Assembly: GCF_006345805.1 (NCBI RefSeq) | Contig: NC_043001.1 | Coordinates: 34,286,001-34,350,000, forward strand | From: Octopus sinensis | Lineage: Eukaryota | DNA length: 64,000 nt | Direction: 5' to 3' | In this document: positions 60,351 through 64,000 of the stretch, piece by piece | How positions within the stretch are numbered: position 1 is the stretch's first letter | Layout: each line of letters starts with the position of its first letter | Notes under the pieces: generated by a model | What the model was told of the DNA's origin: nothing | Databases searched by the model: none | Seen by the model: the letters and a program-made list of their open reading frames with translations, nothing else | Program-made: the position numbers and the translations under genes

Positions 60351-62869
60351 CTGCAAAAAAAAAAAAAGAAAGAAAGAAAGATAGCGTAAAAGGATTTGTC
60401 AACCATATAGAATCAATCGTGCATAATGCCACAGATCAAGTGTCAAGATAGTTCACGCGCCATACTGATAAATAGGTAGAAATTATTCTTTAATATCTTA
60501 TCTATTTTTTTTTTAATAACTAGATAAGACAAATTATATTTGTTCTTCTGATGGTGATCGATTATCTATCTGCGAAAGCTGATGCATATTAAATATTTTA
60601 GTATCTTTAACATTTTTTACTCTGTAAAGAATTATAGAGGACTTTATAGATTACTATGCTTTGATACCTTTACATTAGATACAATGGAAACCCTCAATTT
60701 GGTGCTTTCATTGTTTAGTTCATAATTCTAGAATCTTCAACCATTATCATGTGCTTATAATATTATCGAGTGATAAATGCTTTTAGACATTTGTTTATCG
60801 ATAAATTCTTCTGCTAAAAGATAAATGTTATAAAGTTCCTGTTTTTTTAATGATTTTCTTTCTTTATGTGTGTGTAACTTTTGAATCATTGTTCTGTCAT
60901 TCTATATAATTCAGTCAGTTATTGGACATTTTTTTTTAGTATCAAAAAAATTTTCTGTAAAGGAGGAAAAAAAGCGTTCTATGGGTAAAAATATTTTTTC
61001 CACTTTTTTTACTGAATAGCGGTGGTGGTGTATTCTACGTATCAACTTCATACATGAATTAAGAAGTTCCAGTGTGTTGTTACCATAATCTTGATATATA
61101 ACTTCCCGAAAAAATTCCTCATATTAAAAATAAGAAATACAATATATATTCGCTAGTTATATCCAAATTTGTATATATCTGTTTATTAGAACGATACTGT
61201 TTTTTTTCCTTTTAATATTACCCTTTATTACATGTCACAGGGTTTTCCTGAGTATTAATCATACAGTTTATTAACCAAGATTGTGACAAGCATAATATCT
61301 TGTCAACGCACGCGCTGTTTAATAATAAAACGAATGAACAATATGAGACTTCGACCCTCAAAGCAAAGCACTACAACCAGTATTATTTATCATTATATTT
61401 TCAACTGTTTTGCAAACGTATAATTCTAAAATTATTTCTAGTAAAAATACAAAGGAAAGCAAAAACAAAACAGAATAAAATCAGAAAACATTTACATAGC
61501 TTTGTGCTCACATTGTGTTTCTTTACTGTATAACAAAATCATCATCATCATCATCATCAACAATATTATAAATAAAGGCGAGAGAAAATATCTTAAAAAA
61601 ATACTCATAAAACTTCGAAAAATTAATAAATTTGCGTTTATTTTTCTATAGATTAATAACAGAGCTTTCGGCTATAAAAGATAACTTGAGATATAAAAAC
61701 AACAACAAACGCAACAAAAAAGAAAACAGAAGCAAAAAAGCAAAAAAACAAAACAAAAAAACATGCGAATTTAGAAGAAGAGCGAAACATACCACAAAAC
61801 ACAGTAATAGCAGCAGTAATGATAACAGCACGAATAATGCTGCTTTAGATACGCAAAATAATGCGGTGTAAATAACAGGAAAAATATAACAAAATTATTT
61901 TTTTGCGATTTTTATTGTTGATATTGTTATTGTAAAAAATGTGTCGACGCAGCAATTGAGAAAAGGGCAAATGTGATATTTTTAGGAGTTCATTACTCAT
62001 TTATATTCATCACACAACTTTTATTTGCAACGCCAAACTTTCGCAAATCGCGACTAAATTGGTCAGAACTGAGCCATAGACTTACAATCAAAATCTAAGT
62101 CTATAATTACAGACACATCCAAACTCTTGTCAACAGCATTCTGCTATTTTTTTTTCTTTCTGTTTTGGTTTCTTTTACATCAACTATTGGCCTAGACAGT
62201 GCACGCTCCATTTGAACTTTAGAAGAGTTCACGCCGATTTTTTTTCTAATGAATATAGCAAAATATAAGCATCATGTGACCACTGTTGACCGATTGTAGT
62301 CGACAGTTTTAAAATGAAGTTATTGGCGTTGTACTAAGTTTGTTCGCGCGACAAATCTAATCCAATTTAAAGAGCCGGTGGGACATTGTAAATTATATCT
62401 CAACGTCGTGATTTGACGGTGAATTAATCTAATACACGTAGTTTTAAATAAAACTTATAAACCATTGAACTGATTAAACTGCGAAAAAAACATTCCTGGT
62501 GGGAAATTGTTTTGTGAGAGACGGGTGTAAAATAAGGTTAATTTTCAAACATTTGTTGTTCGTGTTGTTGATGAAGTTGTTCTTCCTATGGGAGTTATTG
62601 TTAATATTTTTCAGTAGAAGACAGCCAGATGGAATATTGTGGTTTGACAGCCATGGTACATTCTGTTTTACACATATATATAGTGCATGTGAGTGTATGT
62701 GTGCATGCGTGTCTTTTATTGTATATTGTGGTATAGCACAGCACCTTATCATAAAGATAGTGAAGAAGTGATGTGCTCAGATTGATTTCATTCCTTTCGA
62801 AAAAAAAAATATCCTCCTCGGAACAAAACAAATATTTTCAGGTGTTTGATAGCGACAAAAATGTCTTCA

Positions 62870-63052
62870 GGTGCAGGCGTCGCTGTGCAGCAAAAAATTT
62901 GCTTCCCAACCACATTGTTGTAGATTCAGTCCCACAGTGTGATACCTTGGGCAAGTGTCTTCTTCTATAGCCTCCGGCCGACCAGGGTCTTGTGAGTGGA
63001 TTTGGTAGACGGAAACTGAAAGAAGCTCGTCGTATACACACACACTCACAAA

Positions 63053-63083
<31 letters not shown>

Positions 63084-63310
63084 TTGGGTATGTGAGTGTG
63101 TGTGTGTGTGTTTGAGTCTGTCCCCTCATTATTACTTGAAAACCGGTGTTGATATGTTTATGTTCCTGACCGATAGAATAAGTACTAGGCTTCAGAAATA
63201 AATCCTAAGTCGGTTTGTTCGACAAAAAAAAAAAAAAACCTTCAAAGCCGTACTCCAGCATGACCGCAGTAAATTGACTGAAACAAGTAAAGGAATAAAA
63301 GAGTAAAAGA
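62870..63310 (+). mobile_element. SINE family B, diverged full length
   Basis: Head, central microsatellite and tail. Confidence 0.85.
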
Positions 63311-63460
63311 AAAAAAGGAAAATGCTCACATTTTGAGTTCAAATTACGCCGTGTAGGAGGCTTTGCCATTCTAAAACTGGAGTTACTTTATTTTGTTTCA
63401 TTGTTTTTCAGAATATTCAATAAAACATGATTAATTTTCTGACACATCTAATTCTATTCA

Positions 63461-63672
63461 CGAGTGGGTGCTGAAAACTTCCTAGCTTTAAGGGTGTCGC
63501 GAAAGGTCTGGCTGAAGGTCCAAACTTCCGAGTTCTTTTACAGAGCTTAGAAAAACTGAAGGACCGCTGCGATGTGTGAATCTGAGAGGGGAATATGTTG
63601 AATAAAATCATAATTAAGTGATCCCCTGTATTTTCTTTTACCCAAAGCCAGGAACTTTTCAGCACCCCTTCG
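63461..63672. mobile_element. Mariner-type MITE, 212 bp
   Basis: TIRs cgagtgggtgctgaaaacttcctagcttt / aaagccaggaacttttcagcaccccttcg-TA. Confidence 0.82.
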
Positions 63673-63723
63673 TATATAAGTGTCATGGTGTGCAAATTAT
63701 AGATTGTTAGTTAATAAGGGACT

Positions 63724-63925
63724 TAACCCATTAACTTGTAAACCGGCCATATCCAACCCAAATACGTTATCTATTTTATGATCAAACTGACCGTATCTGA
63801 CCTCTCATATGTACTCTACAATGTCATTCTAAAACTAGATAATCACATCAAATCTTGAAGTTACAAGATAATGCAAGATCAATCCAAAACAATGTGAATA
63901 AATAATGATTACATGTAACAGAGTA
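63724..63925. mobile_element. Possible piggyBac-type MITE fragment
   Basis: Begins TTAA-CCC. Recognised by resemblance to an abundant octopus repeat; the other end is not resolved. Confidence 0.4.
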
Positions 63926-64000
63926 ATAAAAGATCCCTTCTAAGGTCATGAACGACGATAAAATTGCACCTAGAAAGTTTTCTCCGAAGCACAAGTCTAA

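Overview
This is repeat-dominated eukaryotic genomic DNA. It is almost certainly from an octopus (coleoid cephalopod), inferred from the very high microsatellite density and the tRNA-derived SINE families. No intact host gene is recognisable, and nearly all ORFs in the supplied track are translations of microsatellites. The window holds about 40 copies of three modular tRNA-SINE families, called A, B and C here. DNA transposons include a full-length decayed Tc1 element with DD36E spacing, three mariner relics and several MITEs. Retroelements include two RTE LINE fragments, a CR1-group LINE 3' end, a Gypsy gag/PBS relic and Penelope-like element (PLE) pieces. The two leading observations are: (1) a ~1.7 kb element encoding only an L1/Tx1-type ORF1 (one 434-codon frame with three nonsense changes and no room for ORF2), whose 3' tail is shared with SINE-A and with tail-only insertions; (2) hammerhead-ribozyme folds in PLE-like termini, including a variant with the C3-G8 core pair swapped to G3-C8. 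SINE-B also shares a covarying 3' stem-loop with the CR1 LINE. SINE and microsatellite boundaries were read by eye and are approximate (about 10-20 bp). TIR, TSD and ribozyme coordinates were counted exactly.
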